The notes under the pieces were generated by a model, which did not search any database, was not told the origin of the DNA, and saw nothing but the letters and a program-made list of their open reading frames with translations. This document shows, in pieces, positions 19,236 through 29,819 of a DNA stretch of 64,000 bases. Each line of letters starts with the position of its first letter. Position 1 is the stretch's first letter. The stretch comes from Candidatus Sungiibacteriota bacterium (GTDB lineage Bacteria > Patescibacteriota > Minisyncoccia > Sungbacterales > HO2-52-23), in NCBI GenBank assembly GCA_016180435.1, contig JACPBG010000004.1, positions 134,151-198,150 on the forward strand. The letters run 5' to 3'. The translations under genes were made by a program, and so were the position numbers.

Positions 19236-20687
19236 TCAGAGAAGCCGGATGCATCTGTCTTCCGGTCTGTCCTGCCGGAATGTGTGGAATTCAGGCAGTT
19301 GCGCCTGAACCCAGTCCAGAGCCGGCGTTGATCCATGGCACAGACCCACAAATGGCTTTTGGGAGCGCGAGTTCCGTAAAATCTCGCCTATCCTTCTGAC
19401 TAAGGATTTGCGTAGAGAATGTCCGGTGGCGCGGTATTGCTCACAGCGCGCATTCACCCGGACCTCTTCAAATTTTTTATCCGTAACTTCCAGTAGAATA
19501 GTTGAGCCGCGTTCAGCCCGCAGGGCTTTATAACCATTGGTTCCGGGTGCCAGATACCCGGAAGCCCCGTACATTGCATTCTCGCGCGGCAGAAGTTCAC
19601 GCATGTATTGCGCCACCGGTCCATGCCCCATACCCGAAGGAGCCACTATCGCTCCAACTTTGCGATTAGAATCAAGCGCGCTTCCCACCGCATTTAAAAT
19701 TTCAATTTCTTCACTGTTGGCATTTACCGAGCGATCCCCCATACACCAGAAGCCGTCCTCTGACTCCATGATGTCCCAGAGTTTACGGGCCGATGGTCCG
19801 TCCAGATACACTCGAAGTCCGAGATCAGCCAATTTTCTGGCAAAAGTAGGCGCGCGATCCAAAGCAAAGGCCGAAGTCAGAAACCATCCGCCGGCTTTAT
19901 TGGTATTGTGCGCATCATCCGCCATGCGGATAATTTCTCTTTTCCAGAAGGTTTTTTCGTCCGTTCCTTTGGCAACATCTTCTGCGCAATTGGTGCAATC
20001 AATCGATAAAAGGTGGCTTATGCGTATGTCGTCTGGCGGAAGAGGCGCGCCGTCGGTGGTCAATTGCGCATGCGTGGCATAATCCCCGGAAAACATGAAT
20101 GTATGCTCGGTTTTTCCGGATTTGATAATGAATATAACCGAACAACTTCCCCGGATATGGCCGTTGCGCCATAAAAGCACGCTAATTTTGCCCGGAACCA
20201 GCTCTAAAATCTCTGGACGTTTTACAGCGTGTACGCGATCCAGGGTTTCTTCAATGTCGTCCTTATCATACGGCAGATTTTCCTTGCGCCGGTTAGAAAC
20301 ATTGAATTGATCGTAAAGCACGCGCGGAAGAAATGCGGCTGTGGGGCGAGTGCAGATAATTCGGCTGTCATGCGTAAGATGCCGTCTGATTTTTTTGAGC
20401 GCCACAGCTGCGGCGTGATCACGGTGCGCATGGGTCAAGAAGACGTGATCGATCTTTTTTACGCCGACGGAGTCCAGGATTGTTTGAAGTTTTTCCAAGT
20501 CCTGCGGAGCGAGCCAGGAAACTGCCGATACGGCGCCATCACTGTCTGTGCTCTCCATTCCGGCATCAATCAAATAAGCATGAATCTCTTTACCCAGCCG
20601 GACTACAAATAAGTAACAACTGGCTCCTAAGTTTGTAAGGGCGCGTACTCCAGTAGCGCCACCAAGTATATACAGCCATGCTTCCAT
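19236..20687 (-). CDS. MBL-fold beta-CASP ribonuclease (YSH1/CPSF-like)
   Basis: Motifs GASC, LIDAG, THAHRDH, GHIRGS, FSGD, FALDRA, GY.APGT.G, TGH. Confidence 0.85.
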   Translation of the reverse strand: MEAWLYILGGATGVRALTNLGASCYLFVVRLGKEIHAYLIDAGMESTDSDGAVSAVSWLAPQDLEKLQTILDSVGVKKIDHVFLTHAHRDHAAAVALKKIRRHLTHDSRIICTRPTAAFLPRVLYDQFNVSNRRKENLPYDKDDIEETLDRVHAVKRPEILELVPGKISVLLWRNGHIRGSCSVIFIIKSGKTEHTFMFSGDYATHAQLTTDGAPLPPDDIRISHLLSIDCTNCAEDVAKGTDEKTFWKREIIRMADDAHNTNKAGGWFLTSAFALDRAPTFARKLADLGLRVYLDGPSARKLWDIMESEDGFWCMGDRSVNANSEEIEILNAVGSALDSNRKVGAIVAPSGMGHGPVAQYMRELLPRENAMYGASGYLAPGTNGYKALRAERGSTILLEVTDKKFEEVRVNARCEQYRATGHSLRKSLVRRIGEILRNSRSQKPFVGLCHGSTPALDWVQAQLPEFHTFRQDRPEDRCIRLL

Positions 20688-20846
20688 TTGCTTTCTCCTT
20701 TTGTTTTGTAATTTTACTGCCTTTAGGTAAAGCTGTGTTTTTAAAACATTATTTCCCGAGCCTAGTCGAGGGATTACCTTAAACGGCCTTACTTAAAGGC
20801 AGTATTTTTCAAAGTTCGGGTTATTGTTACAAGTATACCTCATCTA

Positions 20847-20875
20847 TTGACAAAAATCAAGTATTGGAATATAAT
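20847..20875 (+). promoter_or_regulatory. Consensus sigma70 promoter
   Basis: TTGACA (20847-52), 17-nt spacer, TATAAT (20870-75). Confidence 0.75.
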
Positions 20876-21104
20876 GTGAGCAACTACTACCCACATTTGA
20901 TGAATCGCATTTTTATCAGCGATTCGCGTAAATCGGCTAAAATTCGCAGAAATTCGTTCGGGTAGGTGGGCGATCTTTAACACCACGTTTGGGATCCCGC
21001 AAGGTGCGGGAATAAAATTTTGGACGGCAATGGTTGTTTTACGGGCATGTTACTTCCGGCCCAATCGGAAAACGGAAGCAAAAACCGAAACCTTAGGGGG
21101 GTTT

Positions 21105-22235
21105 ATGAAAAAGGAATTGTCAAAAAAGTTGTTTGGTCACACGGATCGGTCGCAGTTAAGTGCACAGCTTCAGGAGCGGTTAGATTCAATTCTAACCAAT
21201 ACTGTAGCTCCGATCATCTTCGATTTCGTGGACGTCGTGCTCCCACAGTTCGCGGAGCAGGGCGTCATCTTAGAGTCAGGCACGCCCGAACACATTACTG
21301 AAGTGCTTGGCGCAGAATTCTGCGCCAAAGTTACTGACTTGGGAAATAGAGTGTCCGAAGCGGTTCGGGGCGTGGAGGATAAACTCCGAGCTAGTCGGGA
21401 GACCGCGGACATGAGCAAACGGGTGCGTGGCTTTTTGGATGGATGGGCCAAGGACATCGCCAACCGATGTTACGGCCCCGCCAACGAAGAGTTCTTCTCC
21501 AAATATGGGGATCAGACCGACAACTTCATGTGTCTGGTGTTTCCCGGACAGGAAGTAAAACACTCGGCAATAAAGTTGGTCTTGGAGTGGGTGGGGCAGG
21601 AGAAGAGCCTACGGAACGACATTACTTCGGAGTCCCGGAAGGCGATTGCGCCGTTCCTACCGCAGGCCGCGAAAATTCTGGACGAGGAATTTGATAATCT
21701 TGACCAGAAAAGAGCGGCAAAACCCAAACGTGCTGCCCATAAGACCACAACCGAGTGGTTGTCGGCGCTTGATCGGCATGAATCCGATTGCAAACTGGAT
21801 CAGCTGGGTTTGAAGGAGGTGGGCCGTGCCATACGGTACCTTGAGAAGTGGGTGGAGGGAAAACCGCGCCGGGTTCACCAGGATGGAAACCGGGGAAGTC
21901 CGGAGAAATTCAATCCGGTCCCGGTTTTGGAAACCCAGCCCGCCGGAGAAGACGGCACCGCCGAGGAATCGTTAGTCGCTTCGCCCAAAAAACTTCTGTC
22001 GGCCCTGAAAAGGGTTCACAAAAAGTCCTTGGGTAAGGATGGGGCGGATGAGGAGTTAGTGGTCATACTCTGTAACGCGGTGGTGATCGCGGAAAAGCTG
22101 GTTCCATTGGCGCGAGCCAAAGGAGAAGATATTTCCGGATTACTGGCGGAAGTGGTTAGAACCGCTAAGGCCAGTGATAAGGAAGGCCTTGACGCCAATG
22201 TTTCCGCCATGCAGGTTATGGCGGAGAGCATGTAG
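21105..22235 (+). CDS. Hypothetical helical protein
   Basis: Long ORF, AGGGGG RBS before ATG 21105, terminator-like hairpin at 22276-22300. Confidence 0.7.
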   Translation: MKKELSKKLFGHTDRSQLSAQLQERLDSILTNTVAPIIFDFVDVVLPQFAEQGVILESGTPEHITEVLGAEFCAKVTDLGNRVSEAVRGVEDKLRASRETADMSKRVRGFLDGWAKDIANRCYGPANEEFFSKYGDQTDNFMCLVFPGQEVKHSAIKLVLEWVGQEKSLRNDITSESRKAIAPFLPQAAKILDEEFDNLDQKRAAKPKRAAHKTTTEWLSALDRHESDCKLDQLGLKEVGRAIRYLEKWVEGKPRRVHQDGNRGSPEKFNPVPVLETQPAGEDGTAEESLVASPKKLLSALKRVHKKSLGKDGADEELVVILCNAVVIAEKLVPLARAKGEDISGLLAEVVRTAKASDKEGLDANVSAMQVMAESM

Positions 22236-22309
22236 TCGCCACTGTTACAACGCCACGAAAGGAGGCATTTAAAAGCCCAGTACGGAAATCCGTACTGGGT
22301 TATTATAAT

Positions 22310-22399
22310 TTAGGCGTTATCCCATTTGTCCGGAGATATATCTGCTTGTTTTATAATTTCTGCGATTAAGTTTTTATCTATATCACGGCCGTGGGGATT
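22310..22399 (-). pseudogene. HicA toxin C-terminal remnant
   Basis: Minus frame reads NPHGRDIDKNLIAEIIKQADISPDKWDNA*. The N-terminal half is absent and the fragment overlaps the hicB end. Confidence 0.7.
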
Positions 22400-22614
22400 A
22401 TACCGATATGCAAACCCGGAATAGAATCGCCATCTCTTAGTTTTAATAGTAGCCAATCTTCAAGAGCGGATTGCAATTCTTTCCGACAATCTTCTAAATT
22501 TTTGGCGTGGGCCCATACTCCTTGCAATCCCGGAATTTCACCCAAATAACTCTTATTTTTTAGAAGCTTATATCTGGCTTCTCTTAGTTTTTTTTCCACA
22601 AATTCAGAAATCAT
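22378..22614 (-). CDS. HicB-family antitoxin (C-terminus altered by a deletion)
   Basis: Motif Y.GEIPGLQGVWA...LE.CR.EL...LEDWL......G..IP. Confidence 0.8.
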   Translation of the reverse strand: MISEFVEKKLREARYKLLKNKSYLGEIPGLQGVWAHAKNLEDCRKELQSALEDWLLLKLRDGDSIPGLHIGIIPTAVI

Positions 22615-22742
22615 ATTTTTATGTTACATATCTGATATGGTTGTGTAAATCTTTACTTTTTATTCAAAATAGTGTATAATATAAGATATGGATTTGCAGT
22701 AGTTAATTCTAAGGTTTAAGTTTAAATTATAGCTCAATTTTT

Positions 22743-24638
22743 ATGGTAACTGATAAAAATATGCGAAGAGAAGGGGCCCCGCCATCAAATCAAAATAATA
22801 CAGATGCGCCGATCGAGAAATCGGCCGTAAGCGGAAGCGGACAAAAACCGCAGGATATTTTGGATTTGGAAAAACAAATTGCCGAATCAAGAGATAAGAT
22901 TACGGGCGGATTGCGGGGAGAGGAATTAAAAGCGGAAAGCGAACGGCTCGTGGCACTGGTACGTGCCAAAAAAGAAAAAGAATCAAGCGGAGTACCTGCT
23001 AAAGAAAATATCCAGTCGTCCGCAGAAATAGGAGAGAAAGATAAGGGCCAAACTCCGGCATCCAAAAAGACGCGGAAGAAAAAGAAGGCAACTGCGGATG
23101 CCGAAACAGTGGAATCCGAAAAGACGCCTAAAGTCCCGGCTAACGAATTGGTAGAGAATGCGGCTCAAGAAACCGCCTCTAAAGTTAAAATTAAATTAGG
23201 CGAAAACGATTTGGCTAAAAAAGAAGTGGAAAAAAGGCAAGAACAATTTGCCGAAAATTTAAAAGAATTTTTGCGTAAAAATCCACGCGAACGGGATAAG
23301 GCCGAAGTTTATGAAGGATTAGCCAAGTCGTTCAATTATGATGCGGAGAAAATATTAGCAGCCACAGACGCCTTTGATGAAACGGGGGGTGTGATGGCCA
23401 AACGAAGAAAAGGCGCATATAAAGATGTGTTCACGATGCTGGGTGGAACATCCAAAGATAAAAATGCAGGAGTGGAAAAATCCGCAAAAGATAAAATTTC
23501 CGCGGATGAAAAAGAGCAACAGCCGGCTGATTTGGCCGAAGCGGTAAAAATCGATCCGGAGAAGCTTGAAAAGGAAATTGCTGAACTGAAACAGAAAATT
23601 ATCAGCGGGAAATATGCGGGCGAAGAATTAAAAACATTAAGTCAGGATCTCAAAAAACTTGTTAAGATGAGGCCGGCTGCGTCCAAACGGATTGCAGGAA
23701 AAAAAGCAGGTAAAGACACCGAAGATGCCGATGGAAAATTCAAAATATCTATGGGGGCCGGAAAATCGAAGTCGCCGCTACCGAAGGACGTGAAGACGAC
23801 GCCCGGACCGGGCGAACAGACGCCAACTCCGGCGGATACGGATACCGGAAAAATTGAAAGCATACGCACGGGTATTTTGGAAAAATATGCCGAGGGCAAG
23901 AAAGCGGAACTTACGGCGCGTAAAAAAGAGCTTGAGAAAAAAGATGCGCGAAACGCCGCGGAAAATGCGGAATATGAGGAATTGATTCGCGCCGAGCGCC
24001 TGGAGCATGTTATAAAATCACTCGCCATAATCGAGATCGGGGGAAAGCCCACCCCAGAATTCATGCAGCAATTCAGTCGTGATTTGATGAAAGCGGAAAA
24101 AGAAACGCTGGAATGGTACGAACTTCGCGGGAAAAACGAGACCCATCCGCCGGCAGAATTTTTCAGCGCCCTGATTGACCGGCTTCCCCAAGAAAGATAT
24201 CCGAAACTTCACGAATTGAAAGAAAAAAGCGGCAAGAAATTTAAGGATGTTGTGGAGAAACTGACCGATGCCCTGCATGAGCCGGATGACGAAAAATTCG
24301 AGGGGAAATTCGCCGACCTGGAGGGCAGTCAGCCGGTTTTGAAAGAGTTGCTGGGCGAGGAGGGATTGAAGCAGTTATTCAAAACGCTTCGCGGGATGGA
24401 ACATCTGCGTGTGGAGCGGGAATCCGGTGTTTTAACTCCGGAACAGGCCGAACAGCGAAGAGAAGAACTCAATCAAGCGCAAGGCCAGTTAGGATCAGCC
24501 ATGGAAAAGGCGTGGTCCATTGCCGGCCTCGTGGGTATTATGCTTTTGCTCGGATTGATTTTTATGATAATCGTGGAATTGGAAGCGATTGACTTTATGC
24601 TTAAAAAAACCAAAGGAGGGAAAGGAGGCATATTTTAA
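22743..24638 (+). CDS. Large Lys/Glu-rich protein with C-terminal TM helix
   Basis: 631-aa ORF with an internal repeat (LEKQIAESRDKI..G...GEELK / LEKEIAELKQKI..G...GEELK) and a C-terminal hydrophobic helix. Confidence 0.75.
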   Translation: MVTDKNMRREGAPPSNQNNTDAPIEKSAVSGSGQKPQDILDLEKQIAESRDKITGGLRGEELKAESERLVALVRAKKEKESSGVPAKENIQSSAEIGEKDKGQTPASKKTRKKKKATADAETVESEKTPKVPANELVENAAQETASKVKIKLGENDLAKKEVEKRQEQFAENLKEFLRKNPRERDKAEVYEGLAKSFNYDAEKILAATDAFDETGGVMAKRRKGAYKDVFTMLGGTSKDKNAGVEKSAKDKISADEKEQQPADLAEAVKIDPEKLEKEIAELKQKIISGKYAGEELKTLSQDLKKLVKMRPAASKRIAGKKAGKDTEDADGKFKISMGAGKSKSPLPKDVKTTPGPGEQTPTPADTDTGKIESIRTGILEKYAEGKKAELTARKKELEKKDARNAAENAEYEELIRAERLEHVIKSLAIIEIGGKPTPEFMQQFSRDLMKAEKETLEWYELRGKNETHPPAEFFSALIDRLPQERYPKLHELKEKSGKKFKDVVEKLTDALHEPDDEKFEGKFADLEGSQPVLKELLGEEGLKQLFKTLRGMEHLRVERESGVLTPEQAEQRREELNQAQGQLGSAMEKAWSIAGLVGIMLLLGLIFMIIVELEAIDFMLKKTKGGKGGIF

Positions 24639-25112
24639 ATGAATAAAGAATTTTTAAGAAAAGAAACGCCGGCAATATCTGCGGAAAAATCTCCTGAATC
24701 CGCGGGAGGGAGATTTGAAAAGATGGAAAATATGGTGCGATCGGATTTGGAGGCGGTGAATTTACGGACGCCCGAGGGAGGTGAAAAGGAGCAAAGGATA
24801 CTTCGCGGGTTAAGGGATAATTTTAATCCGGCGCCGCGTCTGCAAAAAGCGCTGATGGGAGCGGGGATCTTATTTTTCCTCGGCGGATGCGGTTTTCCGC
24901 TAATTGATGTGGATATCAAGGGCGGATTGAAGTTTGAGCCGTATCGGCCGCCACCCGAGCGATATGAATATAATATACAGCCGCGTTCGCGCGGCCGCGG
25001 CTGGGTGGATAGTGGCGGAGGCACCGGAATATGGCATGGATATGGAAAGCGTGACGGAAAGGTCAAACCGATTTGGGAGGAAACAGGCCCACGTCCGCGT
25101 AAGAAGAAATGA
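24639..25112 (+). CDS. Hypothetical membrane protein or lipoprotein
   Basis: Abuts the previous stop. Internal hydrophobic segment ending LGGC. Confidence 0.6.
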   Translation: MNKEFLRKETPAISAEKSPESAGGRFEKMENMVRSDLEAVNLRTPEGGEKEQRILRGLRDNFNPAPRLQKALMGAGILFFLGGCGFPLIDVDIKGGLKFEPYRPPPERYEYNIQPRSRGRGWVDSGGGTGIWHGYGKRDGKVKPIWEETGPRPRKKK

Positions 25113-25120
25113 AACAGAGG

Positions 25121-25258
25121 CCGTTGAATTATTCTTCGAGCGGAGCAAAGCGGAGTCGAGAAGCTTCTTTTTAAGGTAGTTTATCCTGAGTTTGTCGAAG
25201 GAAAGGATAACTTTTGGCTTATGTATCCTCTCGATAAGCTCGGGGAATAATTCAACGG
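25121..25258. repeat. IR-bounded cluster of GAG..GTCGA REP-like hairpins
   Basis: Outer IR CCGTTGAATTATTC / GAATAATTCAACGG enclosing CCTGAGTTTGTCGAAGG-type hairpins. Relatives near 20716-20803, 30896-30915, 36138-36161 and 57737-57879. Confidence 0.65.
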
Positions 25259-25313
25259 TATCAAACATTAAGTGAGTGTTGCAAAAGTATAATTATGGTT
25301 TATTATTATCTAT

Positions 25314-28208
25314 ATGAGTGAAGAAGGACCAAAAAAAGAAACGCCAAAACCTCTTACTAAAGAAGAGATTGACGCATTTCTTAACGGATTTCCGAATGAT
25401 GCCCCGGCTCCAGCATCGGCTGAAGCGTCTCCTGTTGTGAATGAAAGTGAAGACGAAGAATTTGCGCGACTCGCGGAAGGTCGCCGGAATTGGAATTTAA
25501 GCAAGGATGAAACAGAACGTTTGGAAGAGTTAGAGCGGCAGAGAGCCAAAAAATCCACGGGAGCTGAAGTTACTCCAACGCCGCCGTTGATTATAAAACA
25601 AGCAATTCCTGTTTCGAAGAGTGCGGCACATCCGGATTCAATATTTTCAGGAATTTCTTCGCCTAAAAAAGACACAGAAGCGGCAGTTTCTCCGGCGCTG
25701 GCGGCTGCTACAGGACCAGAAGTTCCTCCGAAAGGATTAGAGGGGCAGAGCGTTGTACCTGATATGGGAGTGCCGACTGAACCCGGTGCGCCGCGACCTG
25801 CTCCAGAACAAGAACCCACGGAAATCGGACCGGAGAGCCGCGAAACATCACGCCTTTCCGACAAAGAACGGCTATTTGCGTATCGTATGTGGAGCGGGGA
25901 CTGGAAAGCCGCCGAAGTTCCGAAAGAAAAAGATAAACAAACTCCGGAAGCAATTGAGGCCAATGCCCAAGAGGTTTTTAAACTCCGCGGTGATGAGCTG
26001 GATGCATATGAAAAAGTATGCCGTACCCGATCGGCCCTGAAGAAACTGGAGAAAATCCGCGGAGGCGAAAAGGATTCGGGCGCCAAGGCGCGGGAAAAAA
26101 TTGAGAAAGAAAAGGAATTATTAGATGCCGAAAATAAATATCATACTGCAAAAGACGCGTATGAAAAGCGGCTGGATCGTTTCAAACTGGATTTACTTAA
26201 TGATTTTATAAAGAGCAACGAAGAAAAATTACCGGGCCTGACCAAAAAACAGCTGGCGGATGCGGCGCTTAAATGGCAGCATCAATCTTTGCTTGAAACC
26301 ATCCAAAATTTGGACGGTAATACGCGGCTGTTGGAACAGGAACGCGAAAGAAACGCGCGTGAAATTGGAATGTTGCGTAATATGTGGGAAAAATTCAATC
26401 AACTGCCGCAATGGCAAAAAGTTGCCATTGGAGTTGGAGCCGCGGGTTTGATTGGAGTAGGAACAGCCGGGTTGGGCGGAATGGTGCTGCCTTTGCTCGG
26501 ATTTTCCGCGCCAAGCAGTGTGGCGGCTTTGAGTGTAGGAGGGGTATATATGCAACGAAGGGCGATTGGCGGAACCCTGGGGGCCGGTTTGCAGGCCGTA
26601 GTGGATAAATTATTTATAAGCCGGCAATACGGTAAGGAGCGTGAAAAAGTCAGTAAAGAAGAGAAGCAGAAAACCTCCGAGAATTTAAACCAAGAGTTAA
26701 AAGATTATTTGGGAAATTGGGTGGAAGATGAGGAGAAAAAACTAAAAATGATGGAAATCGTAGATAAAGACGCCAAAGAATATCGTGCGCGCCTGGATGA
26801 TATAACGCGGCGCGAAGGCAAGACGCGCGGATGGTCGGCGCTTGCTACTGGTCTTATTGGCGGAGGATCGGTGCTCGCGTACGAGAACTGGGATAATATT
26901 GTTAATTTGTTCCAGGGAGCGCCTAAAGGAAGCGTTTTGGGCAGTGTGAATCATGATGACTTTTACGAAGCGTATCACCCTGATAAGTATAATCCGCATC
27001 CGGCCGTGCCTGCGGAGGGTGCGGCGGCCATTGAACCATCATCAGTAGAAACCGCGCAAGAAATGGGATATATTCCTTCGGAACCCTCATCCGTAGAAAC
27101 TGCCCAGGATATGCAAAATATCGGCGCTGCCATTGAGCCCTCTTCGGTAGAAACAGCGAAAGAGATGGGCACAGCGGCGCCCACCACAGAAGCTTCGGCA
27201 GCGGGCTATGACCCGCGTTTACTCGTTGACTTGGAGGGCGCGGCAACCGAGGACGCTTCTTTGGCAGATAAAGTATTTACCGTACAGGAGGGCGATTCTA
27301 TGTGGAAAATCACGCGCCAGATGGTGAAAAACGGACTAATTACCGAGGAGCAGTGGAAAGACGGTTGGCAAAATTCCATGGTGGAGATGGCCAATGGCAA
27401 AAAAGTTCCTATCCACGAATTGGGTCTGATTCATGCCGGAGATCAAGTGCGAATTTTAGAGGACACATCGGGCGGAATAGTTTTTTCCGTTGAAGATTAT
27501 CCGCATGACACGCTTAAACTTGCGGATAATGCGGGATATGCCGAATATCTGGATAAGGCCGGAAAACCCCAGCCCCAATGGCTGCAGGACGCGCTGGCCA
27601 TGAAATCAGGAGCAAAATCCGCGCTTGCAGAGCAGGGCGCGGAACTGCATGAATTGGTGCTTGCCTCGGCGTCCGATAACGCCAATGAAGTTATCCGTGG
27701 AACGCCGACATTTTTTAACGAGGCGATACGCGCGGAACTTGCCGAACAATTCGGCAATGCTACGCTTGCGCATCAGGAAGAGATGCTCGGAGAAATTGCG
27801 CTGGATCGCGCCAATATCGGGGATTTGGCAAGCGATGCCTGGGAAGACCCGGGACGCGCGCGGGATCTTGCCCGCAGTTTCAGTGAAGCATTTGGTTTTG
27901 AAAACGGATTGCGGACATCCGAGGCGTATCTTGCTAATCTGGAGGCGTTTAATACGCTTTTGCGCGATAATGAAATTTTTCCATCATATTTTAATAGGGT
28001 GAAAGATGTGCGCGTTGGAGAATTTATCGCATTGGCGAAAGGAGAAGCATCATTTGTTAATTCGCCATTCGGATATCTGCAAAATCAATTCCGGCTTTAT
28101 CCGGACAAATGGCAAAAGATCGCATCTTTTCTTGAACAATCTAAGCCCGGTCGACCGGAAAAGATGCTAACTTTGGGGAAATTTATTAAAGGCCTTGTAG
28201 GAGGATAA
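25314..28208 (+). CDS. Large membrane protein: Pro/Glu-rich N-terminus, coiled coil, TM helices, repeats, LysM-like domain
   Basis: Three EPSSVETA(Q/K)(E/D)M repeats; LysM-like FTVQEGDSMWKI...LIHAGDQVRI. Confidence 0.75.
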   Translation: MSEEGPKKETPKPLTKEEIDAFLNGFPNDAPAPASAEASPVVNESEDEEFARLAEGRRNWNLSKDETERLEELERQRAKKSTGAEVTPTPPLIIKQAIPVSKSAAHPDSIFSGISSPKKDTEAAVSPALAAATGPEVPPKGLEGQSVVPDMGVPTEPGAPRPAPEQEPTEIGPESRETSRLSDKERLFAYRMWSGDWKAAEVPKEKDKQTPEAIEANAQEVFKLRGDELDAYEKVCRTRSALKKLEKIRGGEKDSGAKAREKIEKEKELLDAENKYHTAKDAYEKRLDRFKLDLLNDFIKSNEEKLPGLTKKQLADAALKWQHQSLLETIQNLDGNTRLLEQERERNAREIGMLRNMWEKFNQLPQWQKVAIGVGAAGLIGVGTAGLGGMVLPLLGFSAPSSVAALSVGGVYMQRRAIGGTLGAGLQAVVDKLFISRQYGKEREKVSKEEKQKTSENLNQELKDYLGNWVEDEEKKLKMMEIVDKDAKEYRARLDDITRREGKTRGWSALATGLIGGGSVLAYENWDNIVNLFQGAPKGSVLGSVNHDDFYEAYHPDKYNPHPAVPAEGAAAIEPSSVETAQEMGYIPSEPSSVETAQDMQNIGAAIEPSSVETAKEMGTAAPTTEASAAGYDPRLLVDLEGAATEDASLADKVFTVQEGDSMWKITRQMVKNGLITEEQWKDGWQNSMVEMANGKKVPIHELGLIHAGDQVRILEDTSGGIVFSVEDYPHDTLKLADNAGYAEYLDKAGKPQPQWLQDALAMKSGAKSALAEQGAELHELVLASASDNANEVIRGTPTFFNEAIRAELAEQFGNATLAHQEEMLGEIALDRANIGDLASDAWEDPGRARDLARSFSEAFGFENGLRTSEAYLANLEAFNTLLRDNEIFPSYFNRVKDVRVGEFIALAKGEASFVNSPFGYLQNQFRLYPDKWQKIASFLEQSKPGRPEKMLTLGKFIKGLVGG

Positions 28209-28259
28209 AATTATAACTAATAACTACAAACTACAAACTAAAAACTATTAACTAATTTT

Positions 28260-28589
28260 ATGCCAATCAAACAAATTCCAGTGGATGTTAAAAAATATTT
28301 AAAAGCCGACCTTTTTGCGGAACTCGGCATGAATAATTTAAATCCCGAGGAGCGAGTTTCGATGCTCGAAGCCATTGCGGGCGTGGTGCATCAGCGGGTC
28401 GCGCTGCGTCTTATGTCCGAACTCTCCTCGGATCAAAAAGACCAGCTGGAGACATTAGTTACGCGTCATCCGGATGATTCTGTTGCTATGGGATTATTTC
28501 TTAAATCCGAGGTTCCGAATATTGCGGATATTGTGAATGAGGAGGCGGCGGCGTATAAAAAAACGCTGATTGAGCGGATGAAGGCGTAA
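28260..28589 (+). CDS. Small helical protein resembling the CPR DUF5663 family
   Basis: Pattern DLFAELGM..L..EE......RV..RL...LS..Q...L...FL...VPN...IV.EE. Confidence 0.65.
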   Translation: MPIKQIPVDVKKYLKADLFAELGMNNLNPEERVSMLEAIAGVVHQRVALRLMSELSSDQKDQLETLVTRHPDDSVAMGLFLKSEVPNIADIVNEEAAAYKKTLIERMKA

Positions 28590-28768
28590 GTAAAAAAACG
28601 TCCGAAAACTCTCCAAATATCACTTTTTGTCATTCTGAGGCATCAGCCGAAGAATCCCTATGAGATCCTTCGCTATCGCCCAGGATGACGACCAAAGAGA
28701 ATCATTTGTGAATTTTAAAGGAGGAGCCAGGGGGCTCCTCTTTTTGTTTGCCGTTGCACGGCGTCGCG

Positions 28769-29662
28769 TTATGGCGTTTTGGTTTTGGTCGCCGGTGTGG
28801 GAACTGCAACAGGCGACGTAGCTGGTGCCGGAGTTGCAACTGAAGCTACGACGGGGGCGGGAACGCACGTTAGATAGACGAGCGCCGATCGGTTCATGTC
28901 TTGCTCGCCGAATTTCGCTGTGGCTCCATGGCCCTCAAACGGCAAGCTCTTATTTAATGCCTTGCCGAGATACTCCGCAACGGCTTTCGCACGGTTTTGC
29001 GCAAGTTCGGGATTCAGATCTTTTTTGTTTCCGTCCAAGTAAGGCACCGTATCCGCGAATCCAGCAGCTGACGCAACCGTACATCTGCCTTTTTTTTCGA
29101 GCTCCGCGATCTCGTCCAGCCGTTTTTTCATCGTACCAGTGGGGTTAGATGATTTCGTCGCAAATCCGGAAACACGCAGAAGCCGGTTTTTATGGTCAAT
29201 ACCGCCAGTATCCTCCAATACGCCAAGTCGTCCTTCGGTCATCCGACGGACGCCGACAACCCTTTTTTCAAGAGCCGCGAGACGTGTGTTGGTCTCTTCG
29301 ACCGACCGGTCAAGTCGGCTCACCTTAGAGTTCGTTGTCGCGATCTCTCGCTCGGCTCGATCAATGCGACCCTTTTGCACGGTGATTGCCTGACCATGTG
29401 TGGCAATGGAATCCCCGGTCGCTTTCAGGCGATCCTCATGCCTGTATATCGTCTCGGCATGCTCGGAAAGCGCCCCCCGGTGTTTCTCAACGTCTTGCCG
29501 CAAAAGTTCAGTTCCCCGCTGAACTATTCGTGACCCCACTGTAAGGCGATCAACATCGCCCCGCAGAGCCGCAACCTCCTCCTTGGTTGCGAGAACCGAG
29601 CAGCCCGAGCCCGCCGCCATTACTACCGTTAAAAACGCCAATAAAAAAGAACCATTCTTCAT
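28769..29662 (-). CDS. Lipoprotein with coiled coil and OmpA/MotB-like peptidoglycan-binding domain
   Basis: Lipobox GSGC, heptad region, and GFAD...N.ELA.NRA.AV..YL...G.G.......NR. Confidence 0.75.
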   Translation of the reverse strand: MKNGSFLLAFLTVVMAAGSGCSVLATKEEVAALRGDVDRLTVGSRIVQRGTELLRQDVEKHRGALSEHAETIYRHEDRLKATGDSIATHGQAITVQKGRIDRAEREIATTNSKVSRLDRSVEETNTRLAALEKRVVGVRRMTEGRLGVLEDTGGIDHKNRLLRVSGFATKSSNPTGTMKKRLDEIAELEKKGRCTVASAAGFADTVPYLDGNKKDLNPELAQNRAKAVAEYLGKALNKSLPFEGHGATAKFGEQDMNRSALVYLTCVPAPVVASVATPAPATSPVAVPTPATKTKTP

Positions 29663-29819
29663 AGCCCCTCCTTGCTGGTTTTGATTTTTCCCTATTCGGG
29701 AAGACCAGCTATATGCGATATATTATACACTATATTCAATAAAATGGCAAGCTTTGGAAATTTGTCATAAAGACCCTATTTTGTTATGCTGTTTTTAGCT
29801 TATTTTTTAGAGGCGTACC

